DNA from: a virus
Taxonomy: Duplodnaviria > Caudoviricetes
IMG/VR virus record: IMGVR_UViG_3300035042_000148
Coordinates: 1-40,278 of that record
DNA: 40,278 nucleotides
Reading direction: 5' to 3' (one strand)
Below, piece by piece: positions 8,239 through 17,757 of this stretch. How positions within the stretch are numbered: position 1 is the stretch's first letter; each line of letters begins with the position of its first letter. The notes under the pieces were generated by a model. That model made no database searches. It had not been told where the DNA came from and saw only the letters and a list, made by a program, of their open reading frames with translations. The translations under genes and the position numbers were made by a program.

Positions 8239-9831
8239 TCAGGCCCCAGGGTAACAGGCGGCCCGGAGCCCCACGTAGTAGCTGGAGTACGCCCGGGAGT
8301 TGTACAGGTGCAAGCCCCAAACGCCCGCAGTCGAGCCGCTGTACCAGCTGTACGACGCGATCGGGCACAGTTCGTTGCGGATATAGCGGTAAAAATAGTC
8401 CGTACCGAAAAGGTTTGTGCCCGATGTCGACTGTCCATCCGTAAGCGGGAGCCCAAGGCAGGTGCGACGCCAGCTATCTCCGGATACATCCTCAGCCAAA
8501 ACCTGATTGGCTCCGTCGCCCATTTTCATCGAGATGGCACCGTCAGCTAAGACCAGTGGCAGCGCATCCATCATGGCGGCGGCTCCGGTAGCGCCCCAGT
8601 GGTCGGTGGCTGCTGAGTTCCCGGAGGTGAAATCGCGCATTGCGGTCGCTTCCTTGGCCGCGTAAAACGTGCCGTAGGTCAGCGATCCACCGCTGGTATA
8701 GGCTGCGTAGCCGGTGCTGTCCACACCATCGAGGGTGATATTGTCGGCATCAACCACAGTGACCGTAAATATCCTGTCGTTCAGCTCGGTCATGCCGTCG
8801 ATGCTGGTCACAAGGGCCTGCTGCCCCGTAACCAACCCATGCCCGACAACCTCAATCTGGCACGGATTGGCCTGGCTGGCAGCGCTGATCGATTTGCTGG
8901 TCGCGATACATGTCAGGCCGATCTGGATCTCGTACATCAGGCCATTGACGTCGGCGACACCGCAGGCCTGGCCGTTGTGCGTGGTCTTTGCAAACGGCAC
9001 TCCGGATCCGGTTTTGCCGCAGTTGCTGTACCCGTCAGATTGATAGCTGACGGTGGCATCATTGGCGTCTCCCAGGGCGTTATTATTGCAGCCCTTTGGA
9101 TAGTTCTCCGCGCCGGATGCGTCGTACCATGCACAATATGTTGTCGATGTAGCGGCCTGGCCATGCGCAAGAGACAGCAGGGCCAGCGCAGCCCATTGAA
9201 AACGGCTGGCGCAGTGGAAAATACTGTCTGCGTTAACCGCGCCATCCACCCCGTCGCGGGCGCGACAGGCGTTGAGTGCCTCAAAATACGCGTTGCTGCC
9301 ACACGCCGTCAGGTCGGCGATGGGGTTGTGGTCAGAGTGCGTCGATATTGGCAGACCACCGGCTATGGACGACGCAACGTACCCGGAACCCAGAGCGTTT
9401 TTGCTGCACATAAATTTATCGATGAAAAAGCCGGCTTGCTCCACGCCGCCATCGATGAAGGCTCGGTGCAGGGCGTAGCCTGCAGCCTCGGCGGCGGCGC
9501 GGGTGGTGTATGTCTTAACGCCTTCGACGTCGATGCTGTTGACCCCGTGGGCGCCGTAGGTGGGGTTGCTGGCGTGGGCGATGCGATAATAAAATTTTGG
9601 CACCCAGACCATGATGGACCCGTCGGCGTATTTGTAGTTGCCGTAGTTGGCGTGCGTCGGGTCGGTGTAACCGTAGAGCGGCGTCATCCCATCAGGGAGT
9701 GCCTCGGGCGGAGCTACGCCGACACCGAACCCGGCCGAGCCTGCCGTGCCGATGGAATTGAGCACGCCAATGAGCGACCCGACGGCGGCGTCAATTTGCG
9801 CGCCGGTGTATTGAGATTGATAATAAGACAT
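8239..9831 (-). CDS. DGR target protein; probable receptor-binding protein (Mtd-like, C-type-lectin fold)
   Basis: C-terminal VR ending VGLRA; IMVWVPKFYY, GFFIDKF and GVADVNGLMYE motifs; located in the tail module. Confidence 0.88.
   Translation of the reverse strand: MSYYQSQYTGAQIDAAVGSLIGVLNSIGTAGSAGFGVGVAPPEALPDGMTPLYGYTDPTHANYGNYKYADGSIMVWVPKFYYRIAHASNPTYGAHGVNSIDVEGVKTYTTRAAAEAAGYALHRAFIDGGVEQAGFFIDKFMCSKNALGSGYVASSIAGGLPISTHSDHNPIADLTACGSNAYFEALNACRARDGVDGAVNADSIFHCASRFQWAALALLSLAHGQAATSTTYCAWYDASGAENYPKGCNNNALGDANDATVSYQSDGYSNCGKTGSGVPFAKTTHNGQACGVADVNGLMYEIQIGLTCIATSKSISAASQANPCQIEVVGHGLVTGQQALVTSIDGMTELNDRIFTVTVVDADNITLDGVDSTGYAAYTSGGSLTYGTFYAAKEATAMRDFTSGNSAATDHWGATGAAAMMDALPLVLADGAISMKMGDGANQVLAEDVSGDSWRRTCLGLPLTDGQSTSGTNLFGTDYFYRYIRNELCPIASYSWYSGSTAGVWGLHLYNSRAYSSYYVGLRAACYPGA
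8259..8369 (-). repeat. DGR variable repeat (VR)
   Basis: Encodes CPIASYSWYSGSTAGVWGLHLYNSRAYSSYYVGLRA at the 3' end of the target gene. Confidence 0.96.
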
Positions 9832-9832
9832 G

Positions 9833-10045
9833 TCATACCTCCCGTTGGATAGCAAACGGCCGCCCTGCGGAGGTCGTTAGCCGTTCGTGACCGCCGATGG
9901 TGTCAGCGGTCAAAAAAAGATTACCCGTGGCGAAATCCCGTACCTGCATCGCCACCGCTGGTGACGCCTCGGCCAGATAGCGCAGAGACAACCCTACAGG
10001 ACTCCCCAGGTGGATCGCGTCTTTACTGCCGCCGAAAAGCTTCAT
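9833..10045 (-). CDS. Hypothetical protein
   Basis: 70 aa; tightly packed between neighbours, with a TGATG overlap at its start. Confidence 0.55.
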   Translation of the reverse strand: MKLFGGSKDAIHLGSPVGLSLRYLAEASPAVAMQVRDFATGNLFLTADTIGGHERLTTSAGRPFAIQREV

Positions 10046-10407
10046 CAGCTCACCCCGCGTCCGAACAGGTTGCAGCGGAACACCGTCTGTAATGTTGCGC
10101 CATTGGCGTAGACCAGACGGAAAAACGGCAGGATCACATCGACAACGAAGCCACCGGTGGCCTGCCCTGCCGCTACGGTGATCGTCTCCTCGTGATCGAC
10201 GTTGGTTCCGTCGGCGCTGAACTGGATCTTGAGCGTGCCAGCTTGATCACTATACGCAGCACCGAGAAGTTTGCTCAGATTGTCGCCGCGTACCCAGTCG
10301 CTGGTCGAGGATGCGGACGCAGCCAAAGGCGTTACATCGGACAGGATATGCAGCGGACCGTGATAGCGCAGGTTTTTAGTGGGCTGGTTTTTGACCTCGA
10401 ATCCCAT
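10045..10407 (-). CDS. Hypothetical virion-associated protein
   Basis: Beta-rich 120 aa directly after the tape measure gene, with RBS. Confidence 0.65.
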   Translation of the reverse strand: MGFEVKNQPTKNLRYHGPLHILSDVTPLAASASSTSDWVRGDNLSKLLGAAYSDQAGTLKIQFSADGTNVDHEETITVAAGQATGGFVVDVILPFFRLVYANGATLQTVFRCNLFGRGVS

Positions 10408-10422
10408 GGAATCCCCTTTCCA

Positions 10423-13020
10423 TTAGCCGACCTTGCGGCGGTCGTATTCCTTGAACTTGCGATACAGAGCACGAGCGGCAGACTCCCCTATCTCGTTGCC
10501 GATCTGCGCGCCCGATTTATTGGTTCCCTCAACCGAGATGGAGATCCCGCCGAGGTGAATTGTCGTGTTCCCGCCCTTCCCCGCGTTATTGCGCGTAAGC
10601 ACCTCCTCTCCGCGATGAAGCTGGTAGAGACCTGTGCGCGGAATATAGGCTGTGCCTATGGCAAGGCCTGGCCCTTTGTTTATGTCCGCTATGGACATAA
10701 CTTTAAACCCGGCAGAATTCGTACCGCCTGAACTTGCACCAGATGTTGATGCGGAAGCCTTACTTGAAAGACCGACAGACCCAGGTACGTTGCCAGGTAC
10801 GTTGCTGACGTAATTCACGGTGATGGTGATTTCCTTGTCCTGCAGCTTATTGAGGGCCGCCTGAACTGCGTCAATCTTGCCGGTTGCCTGGTCGTCTGCC
10901 GAGAGTACGACTGTTTTTGACAGGGCGAGGATCCGTGCATCGAGTGCGATCACGCGCTGTTGCAGCTCATCCATGGCAGTCTGGGCCGTGGCCATCTCTG
11001 CGGCCAGGTTGGCGGCTGATTGTTTGGCCTGATCGACTTCGGCCTTCTTGGCGGCTTCGGAGGCGGCCTGCATGGCTTCGAAACGTTGCTGCGCCTGGTC
11101 GTATATCTCGAGGCTGCTGATGATAACCTGGTCGCCGTCGCGCACTTCGTTGGGCAGCTGCTTGAGCTTGTTCATCGCCTCCTGTAGGGCATCGATGCGC
11201 TTCTGCCCGGTCAGCTGCATGGCCTGTGCCTGGGCCTGGTCGATGCTTTCCAACTGCTGAAAATACTGCTCATAGGCGCTGAGTTGTTCGGCAGGCGCGT
11301 ATTTGTCGGATAACTCAGCACCAAGATCGGAGCCGAATTTCTTGACTGCGAGCAGCTCATCCTGCTTTTTCTTCATGGTCTCCAAGGCCGTCTCATGCAT
11401 GGCCTGAAGCTTGTCGTAATAGCTCTGCCATGCGCCAAGGCGCGCCTGCGCCCAGGTCTTTTCCGTCTCGGCGATATTGACCTGCTGCTGTGCCAGATCC
11501 GCCTGCTTGACCTTCACCCCATCGAGGACCGTGCCGATCTCTTTCTGTGCGCCGGCCTGAGTTGCATAAATCTGATCGAGCACGGACAAGTATTGCCGCA
11601 GAGGCTGGGCCAGGTTGCTTGCCACCCTTCCCGTTCGCTCGAAATACTCGGCCTGCCGATCCAGATCCCTGCCGTAACCGCTTTCGGCGACCTTGAGTTG
11701 TTCCTTGCCGAGATCCTTGATCAACGAGCTGTAGCGCGATATCGCCGAGCTGGCCGAGTCAACGGCTTTGGCCTGTTCCTCTGCGCTGTTGGCCGCATCC
11801 TCCCCGGCGGCCGTAGCGGCCGCCATGGCGGAGGTAGCCTCTCCTGCCTTGCCGCTGATCACGTCCCAGGCCGTGGCGAGAGAATCGCGGCCATCGTCGG
11901 CCAGATTGTCTGCAGCGGCAAGCGAGGCATCTGACATCATACGAATCTCTTCTGCAATCGGACGCACGGCCCGACCGAGTATGGGAACTTTAGCGGCAAG
12001 CTCGGCAACGCTCGCGATATATTTCGTGATGGCCCCATAGGCAAACGTAATGGCAGACGCCACACCCTGGAATATGCCCAAAACAGCTGTTCCAAAAGCA
12101 AGCAGTGCCCGCCCGCCTGTCTCGCGAAGATTGGTCATGGTGGCCTGCATTCGCTGCAGACGTTCCGCAGCCGTCACGCTGGACATACCAACATCGTCGA
12201 TGATTTCCTGGCCGGCGGCCATGGTGGCGTTGAGAAACGCCTGCTTGCGGTCTGCGTCCGTCAATTTGTCCGCCGTTATACCGAGGCTTGCAGCATAAGC
12301 CTCATTGGCTCCCTCGACATCGAGCATGATGCCGAGGTTGTCGAGGATCTGCTTGCTCTGCCGGCCGACGGCGAGGGAGAGATCCTCGAAGCTCTTCGTG
12401 ATCGTCTGTCCGGTAACGCGGCTTGAAGCCCGAGCTATCTCCATGAGCTTGGGAAGATACTCACCCTCGATGCCGAGCAACATGGAGGTGCCCGCCTTTT
12501 CGATCAGCTCCTGGGTGGATATGGTGCCGGCAGAGATCTTTTTCAAATCCGCCAGCAACTGGTCGGCATTCAACCCTTTGGACAAAGACAGATTGCCAAA
12601 GGCTTGCCGCTTCTGCAGGCCCATGGCAGCGTTTTCGGCCTCTCGAAAGCCCTGATACATGGCCGCGACAGCCGCGCCAACGGCGGCCGTCACGCCCAGC
12701 CATTGAGACTTGAACTTTTGCAGCAACGACTCGCGCCGCCCGAACTGTTCGGTGTCGATCGCTTCCAGCTTGCCGGCAAGGGCACGTTCGGCGCGCTCGA
12801 TCTCATCGGCCGTGGTCAGGCTACTGCTTTTGATGCGTTCATATGCAGCCGTGGCGGCTTCGCGCTTGCGATCAAAGGCCACGCTGCTCTTGGTGCCGAG
12901 CTGGGCGAAATCACGCTCGAGCACATGTGCCACGTCCGATCCAGTCCGCTGCATTTTGCGCATGGCGGCTTCGGCGCTCTTGACGTTTCCACCTATGATG
13001 ACGCGGATATCCTTGGCCAA
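10423..13020 (-). CDS. Tail tape measure protein
   Basis: 865-aa Ala/Gln-rich helical protein after the tail chaperones; GRQSKQILDNLGI motif. Confidence 0.9.
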   Translation of the reverse strand: MAKDIRVIIGGNVKSAEAAMRKMQRTGSDVAHVLERDFAQLGTKSSVAFDRKREAATAAYERIKSSSLTTADEIERAERALAGKLEAIDTEQFGRRESLLQKFKSQWLGVTAAVGAAVAAMYQGFREAENAAMGLQKRQAFGNLSLSKGLNADQLLADLKKISAGTISTQELIEKAGTSMLLGIEGEYLPKLMEIARASSRVTGQTITKSFEDLSLAVGRQSKQILDNLGIMLDVEGANEAYAASLGITADKLTDADRKQAFLNATMAAGQEIIDDVGMSSVTAAERLQRMQATMTNLRETGGRALLAFGTAVLGIFQGVASAITFAYGAITKYIASVAELAAKVPILGRAVRPIAEEIRMMSDASLAAADNLADDGRDSLATAWDVISGKAGEATSAMAAATAAGEDAANSAEEQAKAVDSASSAISRYSSLIKDLGKEQLKVAESGYGRDLDRQAEYFERTGRVASNLAQPLRQYLSVLDQIYATQAGAQKEIGTVLDGVKVKQADLAQQQVNIAETEKTWAQARLGAWQSYYDKLQAMHETALETMKKKQDELLAVKKFGSDLGAELSDKYAPAEQLSAYEQYFQQLESIDQAQAQAMQLTGQKRIDALQEAMNKLKQLPNEVRDGDQVIISSLEIYDQAQQRFEAMQAASEAAKKAEVDQAKQSAANLAAEMATAQTAMDELQQRVIALDARILALSKTVVLSADDQATGKIDAVQAALNKLQDKEITITVNYVSNVPGNVPGSVGLSSKASASTSGASSGGTNSAGFKVMSIADINKGPGLAIGTAYIPRTGLYQLHRGEEVLTRNNAGKGGNTTIHLGGISISVEGTNKSGAQIGNEIGESAARALYRKFKEYDRRKVG

Positions 13021-13023
13021 GAT

Positions 13024-13700
13024 TTACTCCTGATCGGTTTGCGGTTCGTTGGCCTTAATCTCTTCCTCGACGATCGCGAGCAGTTCGAGATCGTCCCTGT
13101 CCACTTCGCAGATCCGGCAGATCGTGCCGGGATCTACTGCGCCGTGCAGCCTGACCAGCAGACTGCGGATCTCCATGATACGGACCGCTCCGCCCGGCAG
13201 CGGCGACACGGGGCAGCCCACATCCGTCTCACACTCGGGCGTCAACCCGTCCACCTCACGCGCTTCGGCGCAGGCCTCGCAGCTTACGCCGGGGAAGTCG
13301 GCCCGGGCGCGGAGGTGGTATCGGAGTTTTTTTCCAGTTCAGCCTTTTCGGCCGACAACATCTTGTCGAGGCTGCACGGCGCGTCCAGGACCAGGAGTCG
13401 GAACTCCGTGCATTCCTGCATCATGAATTCGATGTTCTCAGGCGTACAGGGATAGTCCGCCTCGCCGTCCTTGAGACCTCGCCAATCCTCGACAACCGCC
13501 TTGGCCAGGTCGGCGCGAAAACGTCTGTCATCGAGCTTTTCCACGCGCTGATGCGTGCGCGGGTCAAACCGGACGGCGGTGGCTGCGGCCTTGATGGCGT
13601 CAAACTCCCCCTGGGGAATATGCCGACACAGCACGTCAACATCGTCGAACAGGGGCAGCCAGACTTTGAGGTCCTTCTTTTTCAATCGGGAAATATCCAT
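13024..13700 (-). CDS. Tail assembly chaperones G (13284-13700) and GT (-1 frameshift product ending 13024)
   Basis: Slippery A AAA AAC at 13326-13332; the -1 frame is open into ORF 13024-13254; lies between tail tube and tape measure. Confidence 0.85.
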
Positions 13701-13794
13701 TGCATACTCCTTCGCCGCAGGCTACGGCGGCACAAATCCTCACATGTCAGGGTTAAAAATCGGGGCCGGGCCCGGCCCCATGGCATCCGTCTGG

Positions 13795-14853
13795 TTACGC
13801 CAGCGGATCGGCAGACCGCTGGTTTGTGCCGCTGATGCGGAACGGCTTGGTGATGCCGGTCATGCCTGTCGGTGCCGTGCTTGCTCCGTGACAGACGAAC
13901 TCGGCAGGCTCCTTGATGATGCCGGCTTCGTCGACGATGTCGACGCTCTTGAACTGCAGATGCGGGAGCTCGATCTTGAAAAGACGCGGGATAGAGCCTT
14001 CGATAACCGGTCCGGTAAAGGTGATATCCATCTTCTTGCGGGTATCGTTGCCCAGGTCGGTCAACCGCGTTTTGCCGGTATGCCGGGGAAACTGCAGCTT
14101 GAGCGATATCTCAGGCATACCGTCATTGGTCGGCTCGTCGATCACGTCGCGGGGGTTGGTGCCGCCGCTGGTGAATTCGCCGGTGTACTGCCCGGCCAGT
14201 TTGCGCGAGGCGCTCAGCTCGAAGCTCGAGGGATAGATCACATCACCGGAGCCGAGAGCCGCACCGCCCTGGTCGTTCATGCGGAACACGCCCTGGGCAA
14301 AGTGGATCCGGTTCTTTGTCTCGGCAATGGTCACGTTGTTGAATGTGGTGGAGCTGTTGACTCCGTCCTGAACGGCGAAATCCCCGATGCCATCGGCAAT
14401 GAGTTGCAACGGTTTGCCGCGCTCGCCCTTGATGGTTATTCCTGCGATCTTGAGAGAGCGGACCTCTTCGACGTAGTTTTTCCAATTGCGCACAAAGGTG
14501 GCGAACAAGCCGTCGATGTTATCCGCCAGATCATAGACAAAATCGTAGCTGGCCGATCCGCCATCATGCAGAGACGGAGATCCGGCCACACCCATGAACA
14601 ACGCAATCAGCAGATCGCAGCCGTCGTAGCGCAGATACCCGGGCACGTCGCCATCGACCTTCACCGCGCCGGGCGTGCCGTCCTGCGAAAAGAACAGCCC
14701 CTGGCTGTCATCGACATCGAGCGCGGCATCGCCGGACTTGACCCCGGTCGGCAGCAGCAAAAGGCCGTCGTTGGCCCCTGCCGCAACAGCCGTGCCCCAC
14801 TCTGTGCCCTTGACCAGGGCGTATTTCATCTCAACGCCTGCAACTCCGGGCAT
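13795..14853 (-). CDS. Major tail (tube) protein
   Basis: 352-aa beta-rich protein upstream of the chaperones and tape measure; no sheath gene recognised. Confidence 0.8.
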   Translation of the reverse strand: MPGVAGVEMKYALVKGTEWGTAVAAGANDGLLLLPTGVKSGDAALDVDDSQGLFFSQDGTPGAVKVDGDVPGYLRYDGCDLLIALFMGVAGSPSLHDGGSASYDFVYDLADNIDGLFATFVRNWKNYVEEVRSLKIAGITIKGERGKPLQLIADGIGDFAVQDGVNSSTTFNNVTIAETKNRIHFAQGVFRMNDQGGAALGSGDVIYPSSFELSASRKLAGQYTGEFTSGGTNPRDVIDEPTNDGMPEISLKLQFPRHTGKTRLTDLGNDTRKKMDITFTGPVIEGSIPRLFKIELPHLQFKSVDIVDEAGIIKEPAEFVCHGASTAPTGMTGITKPFRISGTNQRSADPLA

Positions 14854-14856
14854 GGC

Positions 14857-15066
14857 TTATTCTCCTTTCTTGTCGGCCTTCACGGAGGCCGATTTCTTTT
14901 TGTACTTTTCGCGTTCCCAGGGGGCCAGCCAATCAGACGAGGGCCGCTCGTAAAGCTGATCGGCAAACTCGTGCTCTTCGATTGTGTAGGCCCGGCCCTT
15001 GACGATCGGACCGTGCTTGGGATGCACCCCGGCCGTTATCTTGGCCTTTACCTCGACCATGGCCAT
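14857..15066 (-). CDS. Small hypothetical protein
   Basis: RBS GGAGGT before the ATG; fills the gap in the operon. Confidence 0.6.
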   Translation of the reverse strand: MAMVEVKAKITAGVHPKHGPIVKGRAYTIEEHEFADQLYERPSSDWLAPWEREKYKKKSASVKADKKGE

Positions 15067-15067
15067 G

Positions 15068-15592
15068 TCAGCACCTCCAAATGGAGTGTTGGGCAATGAG
15101 TGCCGAGACCTGAGTACCGGAGCGCGCACGGGCAGCTTCAGAAATCCAGTGCAACACCTTGGCAACACGGACCTTGCGTTCATTTGGATCGACGATGCCG
15201 GAATCGTTCAGCCGCTGCGCAATGGCATCCGCCGCGGAATCGACCACGGACAGGATCAAACTGCGCTCGGCATCGTCGAGCTTGTCCCAATGGATACGGC
15301 TGGTCACCTCATCCTGCAGACGATCGAGGCTGACCAGGCCTTCCGATTCCAGCTCCACAGCGACCGCATCCGCAATCTCTGCAGCGGGAGCGGCCCACTC
15401 CGGATGAGCGGTAAGCACCTGCCCGACGCCAACATTGACAGCGAGGCGGATGATCGACTCGTTGCGGTTAAAGGCCGCGCCGATAGGATCTTCTCCGGGA
15501 TTCGTGGTGCAGCAGCCGACCAGCATGGCGGCGGCGAGGAGCACCAGGACGAGCCCGAGGGGAAAAGCAAGACGTTCCATGTTCATGATCAC
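15068..15592 (-). CDS. Lipoprotein, possibly lysis-associated
   Basis: Signal peptide with lipobox LVGC; lies in the lysis cluster. Confidence 0.6.
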   Translation of the reverse strand: MIMNMERLAFPLGLVLVLLAAAMLVGCCTTNPGEDPIGAAFNRNESIIRLAVNVGVGQVLTAHPEWAAPAAEIADAVAVELESEGLVSLDRLQDEVTSRIHWDKLDDAERSLILSVVDSAADAIAQRLNDSGIVDPNERKVRVAKVLHWISEAARARSGTQVSALIAQHSIWRC

Positions 15593-16119
15593 CTCCAGAT
15601 GGGGTAAAGAGTTTGACAGTGTTCGGCGATATCGCCGGGGTCGGCCGTGCGCGTGATGCCGTCATAGCCGGAGCAGCGCCAGACCTCTTGCGTAAATGTG
15701 CTGCAGACCTTTTGCCGTACCGGTATGCGGCACTGGATCAGCTGACTGAGCCAAACCTTGACCAGGCTGAGATACCCGTAAGACCGCTGCAGCAGCGACG
15801 CGGTCTTGTAATACTCGGCAGCGGCCCGCACCTTGACGGGTGATGCCGGGACAGGATCCGGGGCGACACCAAAAGACAGGATCTGGCCATCCCTGTCTTT
15901 AAGCCAGGCATCGAGAGACAGGGTCTGATGTCCGACGCCCTCGACAAACTCATAGATCATGAGATCATTGCCGCGTGCGCCGGGAACCCAGATCAACACG
16001 GCCACATGGCTGTAGCTCTCCCCTGTAAAAACCCGGATTAGCTTGCCGATGGCCGAATCGGACTTGACCAGCAGCACATCACCGTTGCTTGCACGTTTTT
16101 TCAGTTCGCTGAGATTCAT
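15589..16119 (-). CDS. Permuted papain-like NlpC/P60 (YiiX/YebB-like) enzyme
   Basis: GDVLL...YSHVAV at the N-terminus and VCSTF near the C-terminus (His before Cys). Confidence 0.75.
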   Translation of the reverse strand: MNLSELKKRASNGDVLLVKSDSAIGKLIRVFTGESYSHVAVLIWVPGARGNDLMIYEFVEGVGHQTLSLDAWLKDRDGQILSFGVAPDPVPASPVKVRAAAEYYKTASLLQRSYGYLSLVKVWLSQLIQCRIPVRQKVCSTFTQEVWRCSGYDGITRTADPGDIAEHCQTLYPIWR

Positions 16120-16233
16120 CGGTCTCCTCTTCGTGACCAGGGCAGGTGGTAGCGGCGCAGACAAGCGCGCCCTTCCCCGCCGCCGGGCAGATGCCTGTCA
16201 GGCTGTAACGACAACGGCCTTCGGCAGCGCTAC

Positions 16234-16650
16234 TCATGGATGAACAATCCGGATGCGATCCGGGATGTTGCGACAGTCGAAGTGCAGCCAGTTCACGTCC
16301 GCCTCGATACAGTTGATGAAAAGAAATCGCGGATCGTCGCGGTGCGCCAAGATGACCTTGCGGACCTGCTCCGCACTGACGCCGGCAACATCGCAGTCGA
16401 AGGCGTTGCCGAGGCGATGCTGACTGTATTCCGCCCCGACGCTGCAGAATCGCGGCCGCAAACCGCGGAACTGGAACCGCCCTCCGGCATGATAGTTGTT
16501 GACAATCACCGGGGCGTCGAAAAAGTCCCGGATGCCGTCGAGGGCCTGCAAAGCCAAGGGATTGAGGAACATCAAAGCCTGCAGGCCGAAGCGGTTGAAC
16601 GTGGCCCGGTCGACAAGCTCATAGATTTTGAAGTGACGCGGAAGATACAT
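16234..16650 (-). CDS. Endolysin, peptidase M15 family
   Basis: HFKIYEL start, GLR, SQHRLGNAFD and WLHFD zinc-binding motifs. Confidence 0.85.
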   Translation of the reverse strand: MYLPRHFKIYELVDRATFNRFGLQALMFLNPLALQALDGIRDFFDAPVIVNNYHAGGRFQFRGLRPRFCSVGAEYSQHRLGNAFDCDVAGVSAEQVRKVILAHRDDPRFLFINCIEADVNWLHFDCRNIPDRIRIVHP

Positions 16651-16657
16651 AAGCCCC

Positions 16658-16897
16658 CTATTTCCCGGATTTCAAAGTGCGCTGCGCCAGCTTGGCAACC
16701 TCGTGCGCAGGAACACCGGCCTTGATGGCAAGCTCGACAACCAGGGTGCGGATCTGATCGACCGCCTGGCGTGTTTCGCAGGAATGGCAATCATCCTCAG
16801 TGCGGTAGCGGGTCCCGATGGTGTGCCGGAAAAACGCAGACACTGCCCAACTGATACCACTGCCACAAACCATTCCAACGATCATCCCTTCCGGCAT
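16658..16897 (-). CDS. Small membrane protein, possible holin
   Basis: One N-terminal hydrophobic helix; directly upstream of the endolysin. Confidence 0.45.
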   Translation of the reverse strand: MPEGMIVGMVCGSGISWAVSAFFRHTIGTRYRTEDDCHSCETRQAVDQIRTLVVELAIKAGVPAHEVAKLAQRTLKSGK

Positions 16898-16906
16898 CAG
16901 CTCCCC

Positions 16907-17365
16907 CTATTGCTCTCCGTAGGCGGTCACATAAAAGATAGTGGCGGTTACCTGGGCGAAACCGAGGAAGCCCTCTTCTCCTCCGTCCTCAATCTCAGCG
17001 CTGCTGTTTATCGCTCCGGAATACCCCTCGGTCAGCCCTCCAAAATACGGATCTGTCTTGAGGGCCTGAAGGATGTCCTGCCGCAGGGCCTGTCCCTGCG
17101 CGCCCGTCTCATCGTCGGCGATCCAGCCTTCGATGGTTACGGGCAGATAGTGATTCTCCTCCCCCTGGCTCGGAGGGGTGTCGCCATCCAGGGTATCGGT
17201 AACCTCGCCCGGGAAAAAGATCAGGCAAGGCACTTCTTTCGGCGCGGTCTTGTACTCCAGATTGATAAAGACGCGCTCCCCCGCGTCGGTGCGATAGCCG
17301 ACCGCCGTGCGGATCTCTGCTAGGCGCTCCGTCAGTGCGGTTATGATGTCGTCGTAACGGCTCAT
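16907..17365 (-). CDS. Tail terminator / completion protein (gpU-like)
   Basis: Acidic 152 aa; LAEIRTAVGYRTDAG motif; gene order. Confidence 0.7.
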   Translation of the reverse strand: MSRYDDIITALTERLAEIRTAVGYRTDAGERVFINLEYKTAPKEVPCLIFFPGEVTDTLDGDTPPSQGEENHYLPVTIEGWIADDETGAQGQALRQDILQALKTDPYFGGLTEGYSGAINSSAEIEDGGEEGFLGFAQVTATIFYVTAYGEQ

Positions 17366-17682
17366 GCTTTCACCAGATAGGCCACGGTCATCCCCGTACC
17401 GTCAGTTTGAATATCTCCAAAAATGCGATAGGCGATGCCGGTTTTGATTCTTGTGTACGTGTGGCTTTTCCCAAAGCCGTCGTAATCTTCATCCAGAAAA
17501 GCGACCGCAGGCCTGACCACCACGGTATCGGCATCATGCGGGGAGATCGTCTCGACGGCCTCATCAAAAATCCCTTGGATGGTATCGATCGTCGCCCCGT
17601 TGAGCTTGACGATAAAATCCTCCCCACCAAGCCGATTAATGGCTGCGCTGTTGGCCCGGCTGACAAGATCGTCGAATCCCAT
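17362..17682 (-). CDS. Head-tail joining protein (gpFII-like)
   Basis: 106 aa after the capsid gene; GIFD and DGTGMT motifs. Confidence 0.7.
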   Translation of the reverse strand: MGFDDLVSRANSAAINRLGGEDFIVKLNGATIDTIQGIFDEAVETISPHDADTVVVRPAVAFLDEDYDGFGKSHTYTRIKTGIAYRIFGDIQTDGTGMTVAYLVKA

Positions 17683-17710
17683 ATATCTCCCTTTGTTCGG
17701 ATACTCCAGA

Positions 17711-17737
17711 ATGGGGAGGAGGTCGACTCCTCCCCAT
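17711..17737 (-). terminator. Stem-loop after the major capsid gene
   Basis: ATGGGGAGGAG-GTCGA-CTCCTCCCCAT perfect inverted repeat. Confidence 0.6.
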
Positions 17738-17757
17738 GGTTGCAGCCGCCGAACGGC

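Noticed and set aside
13555-15099. 514-aa plus-strand ORF
   Set aside because: Antisense shadow of the tail tube gene.
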